A DNA stretch of 64,000 nt, taken from NCBI GenBank assembly GCA_048013815.1, contig CM106586.1, positions 22,010,001-22,074,000 on the forward strand, written 5' to 3'. Below, one piece after another: positions 62,449 to 64,000 of the stretch; within the stretch, counting starts at the first letter, position 1, and every line of letters starts with the position of its first letter. The stretch comes from Setoptus koraiensis. Lineage: Eukaryota; Animalia; Arthropoda. Both the position numbers and the translations under genes were made by a program. Under the pieces are notes generated by a model. It ran no database searches. It saw nothing but the letters and a program-made list of their open reading frames with translations, and was not told the origin of the DNA.

Positions 62449-62705
62449 CTTGATACTATTGTTGTTACAATCATCGTCATTGCTATTATTTAATTGCCCA
62501 ATAATGCATGCAGTGGAGCACCATACAATCATTTGAGTCTTTCAGTTGTGTTTTTGTCCGAAAACAACATGTGCACAGGGCGTAGTTGTGAAAAAGGTCG
62601 CCAGCATCAATATTATTGACACAAGCAGATAATTTAACCAGATTTCATACACTTTTATGTATTTTTAGCACTGGGCAAGCAAACGACATCTATTCCCAAT
62701 ATACA

Positions 62706-63590
62706 ATGGCCAGCATATCAGTACGGGTGGACGAGGCCAACAAATTTATGCAAAATGGACGCAAGTTCCTCAAGACGAATCTATTCAAATGGACAGCTGA
62801 TTACGACAATGCGGCCAATCAATTCAATCAGGCCGCAATGGCGTTTAAGGGGGCCGGAATGCACAAGCAGGCTGTAGAGGCCAACGAATTAGCCATTGAC
62901 GCTTACTTGAAGAATGAGAGCTCTGCTTTCCAGGCGGCAAAATGCATGGAGCAGGCGGCATTGTCATTTAAGGAGCTCGAGGACTTCAAATCAGTATCTA
63001 TTTATTATAATAGAGCCATTGATATTTATAGACAAACAGGTAACACAGATACGGCCATATCAACCTTAGATAGAGCGGCAAAATCAATGGTGGAAGCCAT
63101 GCCTTTTATGGCGGCCGATCTTTACATTCAAGCCTCAGAGGCCTGCGTTTTAGAGGATAGATTCAGGCAAGCGGCCGAATATTGTTCCAAGGCGGCGGTG
63201 TTATTTATCAAAATGAAAGACTATCATAAAGCTGTCATTATAGGCAGAGAAGAAATCAATTGTTGTATACAAGCGGGCGACACTAGAACTTGTAGCAGAG
63301 TGGCCATGTGTTTGATATTAGTGCATCTAGCTAACAAAAATCCCGTTGGAGCCCGTGAGTTAATTAGGTCATGTCAATTAGATGATGACACATTGCAACT
63401 CGCCGAGCAGCTAGTGTCGAGCTTTGAGAAAAGCGACTATCAAACTATGGGAAAAATTCTTAATAATTCGTATTTTATGAACTTAGACACGGAATATGCC
63501 AAGTTATCGCGTCAACTATTCAATGATTACTGCTCCCCGGAAGCCTTGTCAAAACTGGAAGACCCCAACTATGAGGAAGACATGACATGA
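62706..63590 (+). CDS. NAPG: Gamma-soluble NSF attachment protein (gamma-SNAP), 294 aa
   Basis: N-terminal ...KFLKTNLFKWTADYDNAANQFNQAAMAFK and AFQAAKCMEQAA are typical of gamma-SNAP; TPR-like helical repeats; acidic C-terminus. First in-frame ATG at 62706 in good context (acaATGg); the track's start at 62616 is a non-ATG codon. Confidence 0.9.
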   Translation: MASISVRVDEANKFMQNGRKFLKTNLFKWTADYDNAANQFNQAAMAFKGAGMHKQAVEANELAIDAYLKNESSAFQAAKCMEQAALSFKELEDFKSVSIYYNRAIDIYRQTGNTDTAISTLDRAAKSMVEAMPFMAADLYIQASEACVLEDRFRQAAEYCSKAAVLFIKMKDYHKAVIIGREEINCCIQAGDTRTCSRVAMCLILVHLANKNPVGARELIRSCQLDDDTLQLAEQLVSSFEKSDYQTMGKILNNSYFMNLDTEYAKLSRQLFNDYCSPEALSKLEDPNYEEDMT

Positions 63591-64000
63591 GTTGACACTC
63601 ACACGATACATAATCTAATTTTTTGTTTGTTGTTCTTTCCAACTATGTACATGTCAAGTGAAAATAAGGGTGAAATCTATCAATCAATTTGGGTTTCGTC
63701 AGCACAAGCATTATAAACAATAACCACAGACAAGTAGAAAGCACCATCTTCTTTGTGACCATTTGTTCTGAGCGGGCAACCTAGATAGTTGAACCCTGTA
63801 GACGGCTCATCTCAGAAAATCCACGAGAATCCTAACAATGTATCATGGAAATAGATAGAAGTATCGATTCTTTCTATCAGATCATCCACCTAGATAAGAT
63901 TTCTTGAAATCAGTCTACCCGGGTTGTACAAAGTAGAGCACTATATTCTTTTTGCATTAGAGCACCAATTCTTCAAGAATAGATTGAGCATCACCTAGCA

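Noticed and set aside
62616-62705. 30-aa N-terminal extension of gamma-SNAP in the ORF track
   Set aside because: Non-ATG start; spans a likely splice acceptor at 62668; homology begins at the ATG at 62706.

Overview
Eukaryotic (arthropod, most likely chelicerate/mite) genomic DNA; no prokaryotic features. Four protein-coding genes, all on the + strand. (1) An intronless 1265-aa C2H2 zinc-finger protein (5367-9164) with 9 fingers in two internally duplicated clusters. (2) A ~50-kb, 12-exon Dscam gene (10270-60457), assembled by hand from GT-AG sites. All 11 intron phases are compatible and the joined CDS is 11,349 nt (3,782 aa). Architecture: signal peptide, ~420-aa low-complexity N-terminal extension, Ig1-9, FNIII 1, 2, 5, 6 (no FNIII3-4 or Ig10, the chelicerate non-classical type), TM, ~800-aa Q/N-rich tail. 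Most Ig/FN domains carry large in-frame loop insertions. (3) A stand-alone enoyl-CoA hydratase-2 (MaoC double hot-dog, HSD17B4/Mfe2 hydratase domain only; 61355-62272). (4) gamma-SNAP/NAPG (62706-63590). The two giant Dscam introns (18.5 and 14.3 kb) are GC-rich and packed with microsatellites, short tandem micro-duplications and GGGCCC palindromes; nearly all short ORFs in the track there look like repeat-driven noise. Most notable oddities: hypertrophied Dscam ectodomain, 3' splice sites mostly lacking polypyrimidine tracts, 3'-biased intron absence, candidate alternative leader exon and exitrons, GGGCCC enrichment. Counts were made by eye and the taxon is an inference.
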